From a bacterium (lineage in GTDB: Bacteria; Patescibacteriota; Saccharimonadia; Saccharimonadales; Saccharimonadaceae): 64,000 nt of DNA. The position numbers and the translations under genes are program-made. The DNA lies in assembly GCA_030530825.1 (NCBI GenBank), contig JAUMUF010000001.1, positions 322,757 through 386,756 of the forward strand. Reading direction: 5' to 3'. The notes beneath the pieces were generated by a model that was not told where the DNA came from, made no database searches, and worked only from the letters and a program-made list of their open reading frames with translations. Below are positions 47,334-57,236 of the stretch, in pieces; the first letter of the stretch is position 1; each line of letters begins with the position of its first letter.

Positions 47334-49856
47334 CTACCGCAAGAGCTCGGCTTCAACGCCCTGCTTTTCTCTAGCGATAAGGTCAATTCGCCCAGCAATC
47401 TCCCGCTCGCCCATTTCGATTGAACGCTTCAGACTTGGATCGGATTTTTTATCTTTGAAAAATTCCACAAACTCCGCCAGATGCTTCTCGGTACGCAAAA
47501 TTGCCCCAGCATAACGCGGAAAGTCAGAATAACTCTTGTCACCGTCAAAAATCTGGCACAATTGCGCCCAATTTTCACGCATCCAAGCCCAAGTCTGCTC
47601 GCGCGAAGTCTGGTTGCGCAAGAGTTGAACAAACCATCCCACAATATCCTGTGGTCGCACAACTTGTGGATTGGTCAAATTTTTAAGCAAAATTTCAACC
47701 GTTTTAGGGTTCTTGGTTGAAGTAATTCCAGCCAAAATATCATTTCGAAAATCTACATCTGCTGTATTTTTATAGAGATTTAGTAGGTTCGAAATCAATT
47801 CTGGAGTTTCCCAATAGCGCACTTTGGCAGAAATAATTATCGGTCGAATCTCAGCATCAATTTTACTAATATTAGTCGCGTTTTCATCAAAAATCTGATC
47901 AGCTCGAGCCAGAGCATCCGCATTTTCCGCATAGATCATCTGCCCCAAAATCGTCGGGCGAAGTTCCGTCTGTTCTTCTGTCTCGTTTTCTTTCTTTTCA
48001 AAGCCTAAAATTTTGAAAAGTCCGCGCGCCAGTTCTTCGCAAAATTGCTTCATTTTAGCCTCAGCAGGCGAGCCTTCATCCAAGAAAATCCTGATATCCC
48101 CGAGTAAAATCGTCATCATATCCCACACATTAAGCGAAGTTTCATCTCGGTAAAATCGCAAAGTTTTGAGCAAATCAGCACTCGAAACCGCACCACCGCG
48201 AGCCAAAAGCGACCGCTCTTGGAGAATCTGAAGGCGCGAAATCGTATCGAGGTTTTTAATCTGAGTGAGCAATTTTTCGAAGAGTTCTGAAGAGTAATTG
48301 GAAATAAAATGCGAGATATTCCCCTCATTAAGTTGAACAAAATCACCGCTAAATTCAGACTCCAATTTCTCGGTATCCATAATTTCGGGCAAATTATCCT
48401 GATTAGAGCGCAGAAGAATTGGCCAAATTTTGCCCGTATCTTGACCTTCACCCACAAAAAACTGCTTTTGATGAAGGCACAATTTTTCGCCCTTTTCCTC
48501 CGCTAAAATGCTCGGATAACCGCTCCTGAGAATCCACGCGTTCATAAATTCCGCCACATTTTTACCAGAACTTTCGCTCAAACAATCCCAAAGATTTTGG
48601 CCAACCGTATTTTGGTACTTAAAATTCTTAAAATAACTTCGAAGTCCATCTCGAAACGCCTTGTCGCCAACAAAATTTCTGAGCATATTCATCAATCGAG
48701 CACCCTTGGCATACACAATCGCTCCATCAAAAATTGTTGAGATCTCATCTGGCTGATGAACTGGAACATGAACCGCCTGAACGCCGTCAATCGCATCGCG
48801 CCGCAAGGAAAGAATTGCCTCATTTACGGCAAATTCTTCCCAGATACTCCACTCAGGCTTGATATTGTCGACCGCAAAATATTCCATCATCGTCGCAAAA
48901 CTCTCATTGAGCCAAAGTTCGTCCCACCATTTCATAGTAACGAGATTGCCGAACCACTGATGGGCAGTTTCATGAGCGATAACTAATGCCACATATTTTT
49001 TGCTTGAAATTGAAGAATTTTTCCCCGCTAACATCGCTGTTTCACGATAAGTAATCAGTCCCCAGTTCTCCATTGCACCACTGCTAAAATCCGGCAAAGC
49101 AATATGGTCACACTTTGAAAGCGGGAATTTCTCGTCAAAATATTCTTCGTAAAATTCAAGAACTTTAGTGGCAATCTCTAGCGGAAAATCAAGAAGTTCC
49201 GGACTCTGAGCACGCGTCGCCCAGACATTAACCTGAACGCCAGATTTAGTCCGAGCAGACTTTTTTTGAAGATCGCCAATCGCAAACGCCAAAAGATAAG
49301 TGCTCATTTTTGGAGTTTTTTCAAAAGTCAACGTTTTGCAATTGTCGTCTTCTACCCGATAAATTTCTGAAGTGTTAGCAAGAACTTCAACTCCACGCGG
49401 AGTCTTTAGCGTTAAATCAAACGTTGCCTTAGCCTCAGGCTCGTCAATACAAGGAAAGACCTCACGAGCATGATGACTCTCAAATTGCGTAGCGAAGAGT
49501 TCTTTTTTCTCGCCATTTTCCTTATAATAACAAGGGTAAAGACCATGCATCGCATCTGTGATCTTACCGCTGAATTTAATTTTTATTCTCAAAGTCTCTT
49601 CTAGAGAGAAAGTCTTATCGCCAGCCAGAATCGCCAATTCATCATTTTCTCGAAATTCGAATTTAAGATTCTCACCCTCAAATTCAACACTCAAAACGTC
49701 CAAATCTTTAGCGTGGAGTACAATCTCACGATCGTTTTTGGCCCGCCCAGAAACTTCAACTTCTCCGTCAAAAATCCTTTTTTTTCCCTTTGTCAAGTCC
49801 AAAAAAATCTTATAATTTTCTGGATTAAAATTCTCAAATAATCTGTTTACGCTCAT
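47334..49856 (-). CDS. pepN: aminopeptidase N (M1 family zinc metallopeptidase)
   Basis: GAMENWG and HETAHQWFGNLVT...WLNESFA (HExxH-18-E). Confidence 0.85.
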   Translation of the reverse strand: MSVNRLFENFNPENYKIFLDLTKGKKRIFDGEVEVSGRAKNDREIVLHAKDLDVLSVEFEGENLKFEFRENDELAILAGDKTFSLEETLRIKIKFSGKITDAMHGLYPCYYKENGEKKELFATQFESHHAREVFPCIDEPEAKATFDLTLKTPRGVEVLANTSEIYRVEDDNCKTLTFEKTPKMSTYLLAFAIGDLQKKSARTKSGVQVNVWATRAQSPELLDFPLEIATKVLEFYEEYFDEKFPLSKCDHIALPDFSSGAMENWGLITYRETAMLAGKNSSISSKKYVALVIAHETAHQWFGNLVTMKWWDELWLNESFATMMEYFAVDNIKPEWSIWEEFAVNEAILSLRRDAIDGVQAVHVPVHQPDEISTIFDGAIVYAKGARLMNMLRNFVGDKAFRDGLRSYFKNFKYQNTVGQNLWDCLSESSGKNVAEFMNAWILRSGYPSILAEEKGEKLCLHQKQFFVGEGQDTGKIWPILLRSNQDNLPEIMDTEKLESEFSGDFVQLNEGNISHFISNYSSELFEKLLTQIKNLDTISRLQILQERSLLARGGAVSSADLLKTLRFYRDETSLNVWDMMTILLGDIRIFLDEGSPAEAKMKQFCEELARGLFKILGFEKKENETEEQTELRPTILGQMIYAENADALARADQIFDENATNISKIDAEIRPIIISAKVRYWETPELISNLLNLYKNTADVDFRNDILAGITSTKNPKTVEILLKNLTNPQVVRPQDIVGWFVQLLRNQTSREQTWAWMRENWAQLCQIFDGDKSYSDFPRYAGAILRTEKHLAEFVEFFKDKKSDPSLKRSIEMGEREIAGRIDLIAREKQGVEAELLR

Positions 49857-49942
49857 CTTTCTCCTTTTTTATATTTTAACAAATTTCAGCCCAAAAATCA
49901 AAATCCTTGCGTTTATCTGCAGAAAATGCTATAATATTCTCA

Positions 49943-50230
49943 ATGAAAAAAGTAGCAAAAAAAGTCGGCAAAAAACTCGCCGACGACAACGCCAAAGGCG
50001 CGCAGATCAGTATGATCGAAGAACTTTTCTTTGATCTTTATCCCAACCGATGGGAAATATATAAAGTAAACTTTTTCCGCGGGATATCATTCGGATTTGG
50101 TTCAGCAATTGGTGCAACAGTTCTGGTGTTTGCGGCAATTTGGCTCTTAAACCTATTCGTCAACATTCCTGGTGGTATAGGGGATTTTGTCCAAGCCGTA
50201 ATCAATGCAATGAACTCAAGAGTAAAATAA
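49943..50230 (+). CDS. small membrane protein (95 aa), leaderless
   Basis: TGCTATAAT lies 7 nt upstream of the MKKVAKK ATG. Confidence 0.4.
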   Translation: MKKVAKKVGKKLADDNAKGAQISMIEELFFDLYPNRWEIYKVNFFRGISFGFGSAIGATVLVFAAIWLLNLFVNIPGGIGDFVQAVINAMNSRVK

Positions 50231-50256
50231 ATAGCGATATATGTCGCTATTTATTT

Positions 50257-52974
50257 TTATGGTGTAACATCTGCTGGACCAGGATAAGTTTTAGATTCAG
50301 TATACCCTAACTCATCAGTAACTTCAATTAATACTTTTTGAGAAGATGAAGAAAAATTGAAATCAACCGAAAATTCTGAAGAACTTGGTGTTGCTACAAC
50401 AGATCCGTCAACTTTTATCGTAATTGTTTTAATGTTAGACTTACCCCTAATAACTTGACCAGATATCCTATAAGAATTGCTTGATCCGTGCCTACTGTAA
50501 CTTACGCTCGAAACTTGCGGTTTAGAATCGGAGCAAGAATGTACATCATCTTCCGCATTAGGATCGTAACCATCCGGCGCAGAAAGTGTCTTTTTCTTAG
50601 TTAGAGGATCTGTAATTTCCGCAACAGTTATCTTAACTCGGGTCGATTCTGGAGTACATTCTGTTGCTTTCTTCTTAGAAACGCTGTCAAATTCCATTTC
50701 GATAGAATTATAGTTTGATTTAGCCTTACTCCACCAAGATGGACAAATGTCATTTCTGCCACCAATCGAGCAATTTTGAATTCCACTAGGGCGAACCACT
50801 TTATCCCCAGCCTTCCACTTTCCGTTAGCAGCGTAAAGATTATGGTGAACTGCCGTCATATAGTCATGCATAACTCTTCGCACGGTGTCATTTCTCGATG
50901 TTCGAAGCGCAGACCCATCATGATTTCCACTCCATACACCGGTCGCCACAGCAGAAGAGTAACTCATCATCCAAGAATCTTTAGCACGCCCTTTACTGTC
51001 GTCGGTAGTTCCGGTTTTAGCCGCTGTCCATACATTAGGTATAGCGAAGCCAAAACTTCGAGCCTGAGCGCCAAAAACCATCGAGCGAGCATTAGCGTCT
51101 GATAAAATATCACTCACCATATAAGCGGCTTGCGGATCGATTGCCTGTTTAGGAGAGTCTTTCCATTCTTTTAGTTTTTCTCCAGATGAATTTTTAACCT
51201 CAAGAATATAACTTACAGGTTTATAAACTCCTCCTCGCCCCAAAGACGCAAACGCATTAGTGTGCTCATCTTGCCTGACGGAACATCCACCACCAATCGC
51301 CGCAGAAAGACCGGCTTCAGCATTTCCTGCACAGTAGGAAACATCACCAAGTTCTCTTGCGGTAGCAATACCTTCCTTAGGTCCAACAATTGCCAAAGAT
51401 TTTACGGCAGCAATATTGAGCGAGTTACCAAGACTTTGCCTAATAGTGACATCTCCATAGAACCTTCCCGTAAAGTTACGCAGTTGACATTGACTAGAGT
51501 TTCCGCCACAATAAAGTCTGTCAATGTTTTCATCACGAAGAATAGTTCCTGGTGTGTAAACTGCATCTTGCTTGTTGAAAAGAGGCGCATAGTCAACTAT
51601 AGGCTTAATACTCGATCCTGGGTCGAGAGTAGAAGTTGCCGCATTAGTCTGACCATATCCTGCTTTATGATAGTCTACTGATCCAACTTGAGCAATAACC
51701 TGACCAGTCGCAAGATCAACTGAGGTCAACGCAATATTATCAGCGCCCGTCAAATACAAAGTACCAGCACCACTAGCCACGGCAGATTCGGCAAAACTCT
51801 GGGCTTTCGAATCAAGAGTGGTCTTAACCGTTAAACCTCCCGCACGAATCACCTTAACACCGAATTCTTCTTCGAGTTTCTTCTTAACTTCTAAGACAAA
51901 ATGTGGCGCCTTGATATCTTTATACTGGTCTGTTTCTGGCTGAATGGAATCCAAGATCGCCACCTTTTTAGCCTCGTCAGCCTGAGCACGGGTAGCATAC
52001 CCCATATCAACCATATCATCCAAAACTTTATGCTGACGCTCAATCAAAGATTTATTAAATTGAGTGTTGTATGGGTTATAGACGGCTGGATTATTAGGGA
52101 TAGCAGCAAGAAGCGCAGCCTCCGCCAAAGTCAAATCTTTAGCAGACTTCTTGAAATAGGTCTGAGCACCAGATTCAATACCGTTTCTGCGTCCGCCGTA
52201 TGGAGACTCGTTAAGATAAAGTGCGATAATCTGGTCTTTGCTATACATTCGCTCAACCTCAATCGCGAGAATCATCTCTTTAATTTTTCGAGGAATACCC
52301 TTCAAGCCTCGCTCTGCTGCTTCATCAGCGAAGAAAACTTGCTTAACCAACTGTTGAGTCAAAGTTGATCCACCCTGAGTTGCGCCACCCTTAAAGTTAT
52401 TAATAGTTGCACGCAAAATCGCCGTCAAATCAATACCTTTATGCTTGTAAAACTCGCGATCCTCAATCGCCACTGTGGCCTTCTTTGCCCAGTCAGAAAT
52501 CTCGGATCCCTCAACAACCAACTTATAATCACCAGTACCTTTATCTTCCCAAAGGAGTTCGCCATTTCTGTCGTAGTATTTAGAAACGGTAGTTTGAACG
52601 CGCTTTGAAAGTTCAGACGGACGGATCTGATTGAGATCCTTTTGATAATACAAGAAAAGTCCACCAACAAGAAGAACCAACAAAATCACAGAAATAGCCG
52701 CAAATTTCAAGAAGAAAAACAGCCCCCTTTTCGAAAAGATAAACTTAAAAACTCGCTTAGGATGAAGCCGATAAAAAAATCTCTTCACCGGATTTTTAGG
52801 CAAACTCGCCAAATACTCCGCACGCTTTCTCGCCGCAGCGTCTTTTTTAGAACGCCTTTGGTGTGCAAGATTAGCATACAAACTAAGGTTGCTATCTGAT
52901 TTTTTATTACTTCGAAGCGGTTTTTTCAACTTCGAGTTTAACTTCTCCTTGGTTTTCTTCAACTTTTCCGTCAT
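50257..52974 (-). CDS. class A penicillin-binding protein (transglycosylase + transpeptidase) with a ~190-aa C-terminal extension
   Basis: GT51 motifs EDREFYKHKGID and GGSTLTQQ. Transpeptidase SxxK (SSIKP), SLN and KTGTT motifs. Confidence 0.85.
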   Translation of the reverse strand: MTEKLKKTKEKLNSKLKKPLRSNKKSDSNLSLYANLAHQRRSKKDAAARKRAEYLASLPKNPVKRFFYRLHPKRVFKFIFSKRGLFFFLKFAAISVILLVLLVGGLFLYYQKDLNQIRPSELSKRVQTTVSKYYDRNGELLWEDKGTGDYKLVVEGSEISDWAKKATVAIEDREFYKHKGIDLTAILRATINNFKGGATQGGSTLTQQLVKQVFFADEAAERGLKGIPRKIKEMILAIEVERMYSKDQIIALYLNESPYGGRRNGIESGAQTYFKKSAKDLTLAEAALLAAIPNNPAVYNPYNTQFNKSLIERQHKVLDDMVDMGYATRAQADEAKKVAILDSIQPETDQYKDIKAPHFVLEVKKKLEEEFGVKVIRAGGLTVKTTLDSKAQSFAESAVASGAGTLYLTGADNIALTSVDLATGQVIAQVGSVDYHKAGYGQTNAATSTLDPGSSIKPIVDYAPLFNKQDAVYTPGTILRDENIDRLYCGGNSSQCQLRNFTGRFYGDVTIRQSLGNSLNIAAVKSLAIVGPKEGIATARELGDVSYCAGNAEAGLSAAIGGGCSVRQDEHTNAFASLGRGGVYKPVSYILEVKNSSGEKLKEWKDSPKQAIDPQAAYMVSDILSDANARSMVFGAQARSFGFAIPNVWTAAKTGTTDDSKGRAKDSWMMSYSSAVATGVWSGNHDGSALRTSRNDTVRRVMHDYMTAVHHNLYAANGKWKAGDKVVRPSGIQNCSIGGRNDICPSWWSKAKSNYNSIEMEFDSVSKKKATECTPESTRVKITVAEITDPLTKKKTLSAPDGYDPNAEDDVHSCSDSKPQVSSVSYSRHGSSNSYRISGQVIRGKSNIKTITIKVDGSVVATPSSSEFSVDFNFSSSSQKVLIEVTDELGYTESKTYPGPADVTP

Positions 52975-53084
52975 ACTGCTTATAATTATAATTTATTTCG
53001 AAAAAAATTTCAAGAAATTCGAACAAATTATGCTTAAAAATTCAAGTAAAATATGGTAAAATAGTCTTAATAAAAGGAGAAAAA

Positions 53085-54296
53085 ATGAAACTATCAGAAG
53101 AACTAAAATGGCGTGGATTTTGGAATCAAACCACTTTTACAGATGAGAGCGTTATAGACAATACCAATTTTACACTTTATCTCGGCACTGATCCTAGTGC
53201 GGACAGCCTTCATGTTGGGCATTTGGCAGTCTATATGATGGTTCGAAGATTCCTCGATCGGGGTCATAAAGTCGTTCTGCTCGTCGGTGGCGGTACCGGC
53301 GTAATTGGTGATATGCGCGACACCGAAGAGCGTGAATTATTGGCGCTCGAAGAAATTTCGAAGAACACATTGGCGCTCTCCAATCAAGTTTCAAAATTAT
53401 TCTCCAGCAAAGATTTTACGCTCGTAAATAACCACGACTGGCTAAAAGATCTCCAACTTTTACCTTTCCTTCGCGATGTAGGCAAGAAGTTTAATATGGC
53501 GGAACTTACCTCTCGCGATTTCTTCAAATCACGCATTAAAAATGGTGGTGGTTTGAGTTTTGCGGAATTTTCTTACACGCTACTTCAAGGCTATGATTTT
53601 CTTCACCTTAATCGAAATCTTGGCGTTAATCTTCAGATTGGCGGTAGCGATCAATGGGGCAACTTGCTTTCTGGTGTAGAACTCATACGCAAATCTGACG
53701 GAAAAGAAGTCTACGCGATGACCGCCCCACTCGTGGTCAATAAATCCACTGGCCGAAAATTTGGCAAATCCGAGGGTGGCGCCGTTTGGCTCGACGAGTC
53801 CAAAACCAGCGCTTATAAGTTCTACCAGTTCTGGCTTAACTCAGACGACGCCGGCGCAATCGACTACCTAAAACTCTTCACAACACTTTCAAAAGAAGAA
53901 ATTGAAGACATCCAAGCCCGCCATACAGCCGAACCACACCTCAGGATCGCCCAAAAAACTCTTGCGCACGAAGTCACCACGCTCATTCACGGCGCCGACC
54001 GTGCTCTGGAGGTCGAAAAAGCCACCGAAATATTGTTTGGTCGGGGCGATTTTGAACAGATTTCGCCAGAAGTTATCGAAATCTTGACGCAAGAAATTCC
54101 AGTCGCAAGTGACACACAATCCGTAATTTCGGCACTAACTTCAACAAATACAGCAAAATCAGCAGGCGAGGCTCGCCGATTGATTTCCGGCAACGCCATA
54201 TCAGTTAATGGCATCAAAATCACCGAAGATCAGCAAATCGCAACGACCTCACTCATCAAAAAAGGTAAAAACACTTTTGTTTTGGTAAAAATTTAA
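53085..54296 (+). CDS. tyrS: tyrosyl-tRNA synthetase
   Basis: HVGHL (HIGH) and KFGKS (KMSKS). An AAAGGAG SD lies upstream. The upstream region (about 110 nt) is too short for a T-box leader. Confidence 0.9.
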   Translation: MKLSEELKWRGFWNQTTFTDESVIDNTNFTLYLGTDPSADSLHVGHLAVYMMVRRFLDRGHKVVLLVGGGTGVIGDMRDTEERELLALEEISKNTLALSNQVSKLFSSKDFTLVNNHDWLKDLQLLPFLRDVGKKFNMAELTSRDFFKSRIKNGGGLSFAEFSYTLLQGYDFLHLNRNLGVNLQIGGSDQWGNLLSGVELIRKSDGKEVYAMTAPLVVNKSTGRKFGKSEGGAVWLDESKTSAYKFYQFWLNSDDAGAIDYLKLFTTLSKEEIEDIQARHTAEPHLRIAQKTLAHEVTTLIHGADRALEVEKATEILFGRGDFEQISPEVIEILTQEIPVASDTQSVISALTSTNTAKSAGEARRLISGNAISVNGIKITEDQQIATTSLIKKGKNTFVLVKI

Positions 54297-54305
54297 GGAG
54301 AGATT

Positions 54306-54527
54306 ATGAGGAAAAACGAGAAAATCATCAAGGGCAGCGAGAAAAACCCAAAAAATAACGCCGAACAAAACAAAGCCGCAAAAATCCTCTACGGAATTAC
54401 AGCAATTTGCGCACTTCTTGCGTACATTTTTAGCGTAATTAACGGCAAGCCAAATCTAATCTGGTTTATGATTTTCGTAATCTATGGTATAACTTTGCCA
54501 GCCACGCTCAAAAACAAGCAAAAATAA
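54306..54527 (+). CDS. small membrane protein (73 aa)
   Basis: Two TM helices, and a GGAG SD 9 nt after the tyrS stop. Confidence 0.35.
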   Translation: MRKNEKIIKGSEKNPKNNAEQNKAAKILYGITAICALLAYIFSVINGKPNLIWFMIFVIYGITLPATLKNKQK

Positions 54528-54569
54528 CAAAATCTCCCGTATTCCGACGGGAGATTTTCATTTCGAGAA

Positions 54570-54914
54570 TTAGTCTTTCTTTTCGACTTTTTTCTTGAGG
54601 TTTTCGACAGTGTTTAGAGCGCGTTTTTGAAGTTTTTCGCCCTCAAGTTTAGCCTTTTCTGTGACTTCGCCAACTTTTTTATCTGCGTCTTTTTTGAAAA
54701 CATTGAATTTTTCTTTTGCTTCTGCGCCGAATTTTTCAACATTTTTTCCTGCTTCGTCCAATTTTACCTTGGCGTCGTCAGCAAATTCTTTACCCTTCTT
54801 TTTCAAATCTTGTCGGGTTTCTTTACCGGATTTTGGCGCTGTTAAAATTCCCGCAATTGCGCCGACAGCCGCACCAAGCACTAATCCAAGACCAAATTTA
54901 CCTTTTTTACTCAT
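54570..54914 (-). CDS. YtxH-like protein
   Basis: MSKKGKFGLGLVLGAAVGAIAGILTAPKSGKETRQDL matches the YtxH N-terminal consensus. Confidence 0.55.
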   Translation of the reverse strand: MSKKGKFGLGLVLGAAVGAIAGILTAPKSGKETRQDLKKKGKEFADDAKVKLDEAGKNVEKFGAEAKEKFNVFKKDADKKVGEVTEKAKLEGEKLQKRALNTVENLKKKVEKKD

Positions 54915-55167
54915 TTTTTTCTCCTTTTTTCTTTAAATTTTTGAAAATGTCGATCATCGCTTTTCCAATAATTATGGGCGATGAAATCTGTGCTATATTC
55001 TGGACCACATTATCCACGCCGTTGGAAATATTTCGAAAGTTTTCCGCAACATCGCCAATTTGTTTGCTTACCCTGATAATCAGGATAAAAGTAACGATGC
55101 CAAGCGCGATAAAGATCGCCAGAAAAATAGATAGAATTACGACTAAGATCTCCGCAGCCGAACTCAT
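54907..55167 (-). CDS. DUF948-like small membrane protein
   Basis: N-terminal TM helix followed by a coiled region. Usually paired with a YtxH gene, as it is here. Confidence 0.45.
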   Translation of the reverse strand: MSSAAEILVVILSIFLAIFIALGIVTFILIIRVSKQIGDVAENFRNISNGVDNVVQNIAQISSPIIIGKAMIDIFKNLKKKGEKNE

Positions 55168-55308
55168 CTTTCTCCTTTAATTTATTTTATAGTTTTTATT
55201 TTGATTTTTGCAAATCAATAACTGCATTATAGCACAAAATAATTCTTATGTCAATAGGTTTTAGGCTAAAAATAAAATCGCCCATATATTTTGAGCGATT
55301 TTAAGACT

Positions 55309-56823
55309 CTACAACCTCTCTCGAATCAACTTCTGCGCAAGAGCCGGATTAGCTTTTCCTTGAGATTTTTTCATGATTTGACCAACAAGGAAGCCGATCG
55401 CTTTATCGTTGCCCGCGCGAATGTCTTTGACCGCTTTCTGTGAAGCCGGATCAGCGAGGACTTCATCGACGATTTTGGCGATTGCGCCCTCGTCAGAAAC
55501 TTGAATCAAATTCTTCTCCTTGGCGATATCTTCTGGCATTTTACCCAAGTTTTCATTTTCGAAAAGCGCCATAAAAATCTCTTTCATCGCGTTAGAAGAA
55601 ATCTTGCCCGCGCGTGACAATTCCGCCAATTGCGAAAGTCGCTTTGGACCCACGTAGCCCTGATAAACCTTGTCGAGATCAATTTCTTCAATCGGAGTCG
55701 AAGCAAAAAGGTTGAAGATTTTCTTCATATTTTCATGGTGATTTTCGAGCGAATAATCTTTGATTTCGTAAGATTTAATGATTTCTTCTTGCGAACTCGC
55801 CCAGCCCTTGCCCCAAGTGGCAAGCATCAACTCTGCTAGACGATAATCGGACAAAATATAATCAATCACCGATTTGTCAAGATTAAACTCCGAGAAGTAT
55901 TCCCTGAATTCATCCGGCATTTTAGGGAAGGTAAGTTGCATTTTGGCGATTTCTTCATCAGTCAAAATAATCGGCGGAATATCCGGATCGGGCATATAGC
56001 GATAATCCTGCGCCTCTTCCTTGCTACGCTGAGAAACCGTTTTTTGCTCGTCGTCCAGCCAGCCACGCGTTTCTTGCTTGATTTTTTCTCCCTTTTCAAG
56101 AAGTTTGACTTGGCGCTCGAATTCATATTGCGCCGCTCGCTCAACACTTCGGAAACTGTTGAGATTCTTGATTTCTGTGCGTGTGCCGAGTTTTTCTTCG
56201 CCCAATTTTCGAGCAGAAATATTAACGTCGAAACGCATATTGCCCTGATAAAGATCGCCGTCGGTGACTTCGGCAAAGACCATTCGTTTGTGAAGTTCTT
56301 CAGCATAAGCGCGCGCTTGCTCGGCGGAATGAATATCCGGCATTGAGACAATTTCGATCAGCGGCGTACCGGCGCGGTTGAGGTCAACCAGTGAATAATC
56401 GCCGTGGTGCGTGAGTTTTCCGGCATCTTCTTCAAGATGAGCGTGCTCAATCCTAACATCAAAAGTCTCCCCATTCGGCAAAACCGGTGTTATTTTTCCT
56501 TCACCGATAATTGGCTGATACAACTGTGAAGTCTGATAACCCTTTGGCAAATCTGGGTAAAAATAGTGCTTTCGATCAAATCGGCTAACGTTCGAAATTT
56601 TGGCATTCAAAGCCTTGCCAGCTCGAACCGCAAGTCTAACCGCCTCTTTGTTCAAAACTGGCAACATTCCTGGCAAGCCAAAATCAATTGGCGAAGTCGC
56701 CTCATTGGGCGTCTTCTCTCTCGCATCATTATCACTTCCAGAAAATAATTTAGTCTTGGTTTTTAACTGAACGTGGCATTCGATGCCGATAGTTATTTCG
56801 TAGTTTTTCAAAATTTCTTCCAT
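55309..56823 (-). CDS. gatB: Asp-tRNA(Asn)/Glu-tRNA(Gln) amidotransferase subunit B
   Basis: ITIGIECHVQLKT... is canonical GatB. Confidence 0.92.
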   Translation of the reverse strand: MEEILKNYEITIGIECHVQLKTKTKLFSGSDNDAREKTPNEATSPIDFGLPGMLPVLNKEAVRLAVRAGKALNAKISNVSRFDRKHYFYPDLPKGYQTSQLYQPIIGEGKITPVLPNGETFDVRIEHAHLEEDAGKLTHHGDYSLVDLNRAGTPLIEIVSMPDIHSAEQARAYAEELHKRMVFAEVTDGDLYQGNMRFDVNISARKLGEEKLGTRTEIKNLNSFRSVERAAQYEFERQVKLLEKGEKIKQETRGWLDDEQKTVSQRSKEEAQDYRYMPDPDIPPIILTDEEIAKMQLTFPKMPDEFREYFSEFNLDKSVIDYILSDYRLAELMLATWGKGWASSQEEIIKSYEIKDYSLENHHENMKKIFNLFASTPIEEIDLDKVYQGYVGPKRLSQLAELSRAGKISSNAMKEIFMALFENENLGKMPEDIAKEKNLIQVSDEGAIAKIVDEVLADPASQKAVKDIRAGNDKAIGFLVGQIMKKSQGKANPALAQKLIRERL

Positions 56824-57236
56824 TAAATCGCTCCTAAATCCTTCAATGCTTGCTTAAAACTCGCCAGTGCGCGACGCGTTTGATCGTAGTTGATCTCCGC
56901 ATCAGCCTCGTGCGCGATAACGTTGCGCAGTTTGTGTGCATGCCACAAAGAGTTGGGCGAAGAAAATTTCTCGCGGGCAGATTTCAAGCGCTCCGCCATT
57001 GTTTGACCGTCAAAATTCAACTCCCTAAGCGTCGTATCAACCAATTTATCCGCATTAATTATCGCCAAATGCCAACTCGCGGCGTTATCTTTTTGGATCG
57101 AATTTTCAATCTTAAGCCAATTGGTCTGGTATTTTTCTTTATTTAAGCGAATCGTCTCTGGCTTGGTGATATTTAGCACAAAGAAAAGCAGCGCCCCACA
57201 GATCAAAATCGCAACACCAAGCAATAAAACATCCAT
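56823..57236 (-). CDS. hypothetical single-TM protein (137 aa) embedded between gatA and gatB
   Basis: TAATG stop/start overlaps on both sides. N-terminal TM helix. Confidence 0.5.
   Translation of the reverse strand: MDVLLLGVAILICGALLFFVLNITKPETIRLNKEKYQTNWLKIENSIQKDNAASWHLAIINADKLVDTTLRELNFDGQTMAERLKSAREKFSSPNSLWHAHKLRNVIAHEADAEINYDQTRRALASFKQALKDLGAI

Noticed and set aside
52975-53084. T-box riboswitch upstream of tyrS
   Set aside because: Only about 110 nt of intergenic DNA, mostly taken up by the PBP promoter region. That is too short for a T-box (~250 nt), and no T-box consensus (AGGGUGGNACCGCG) was seen.
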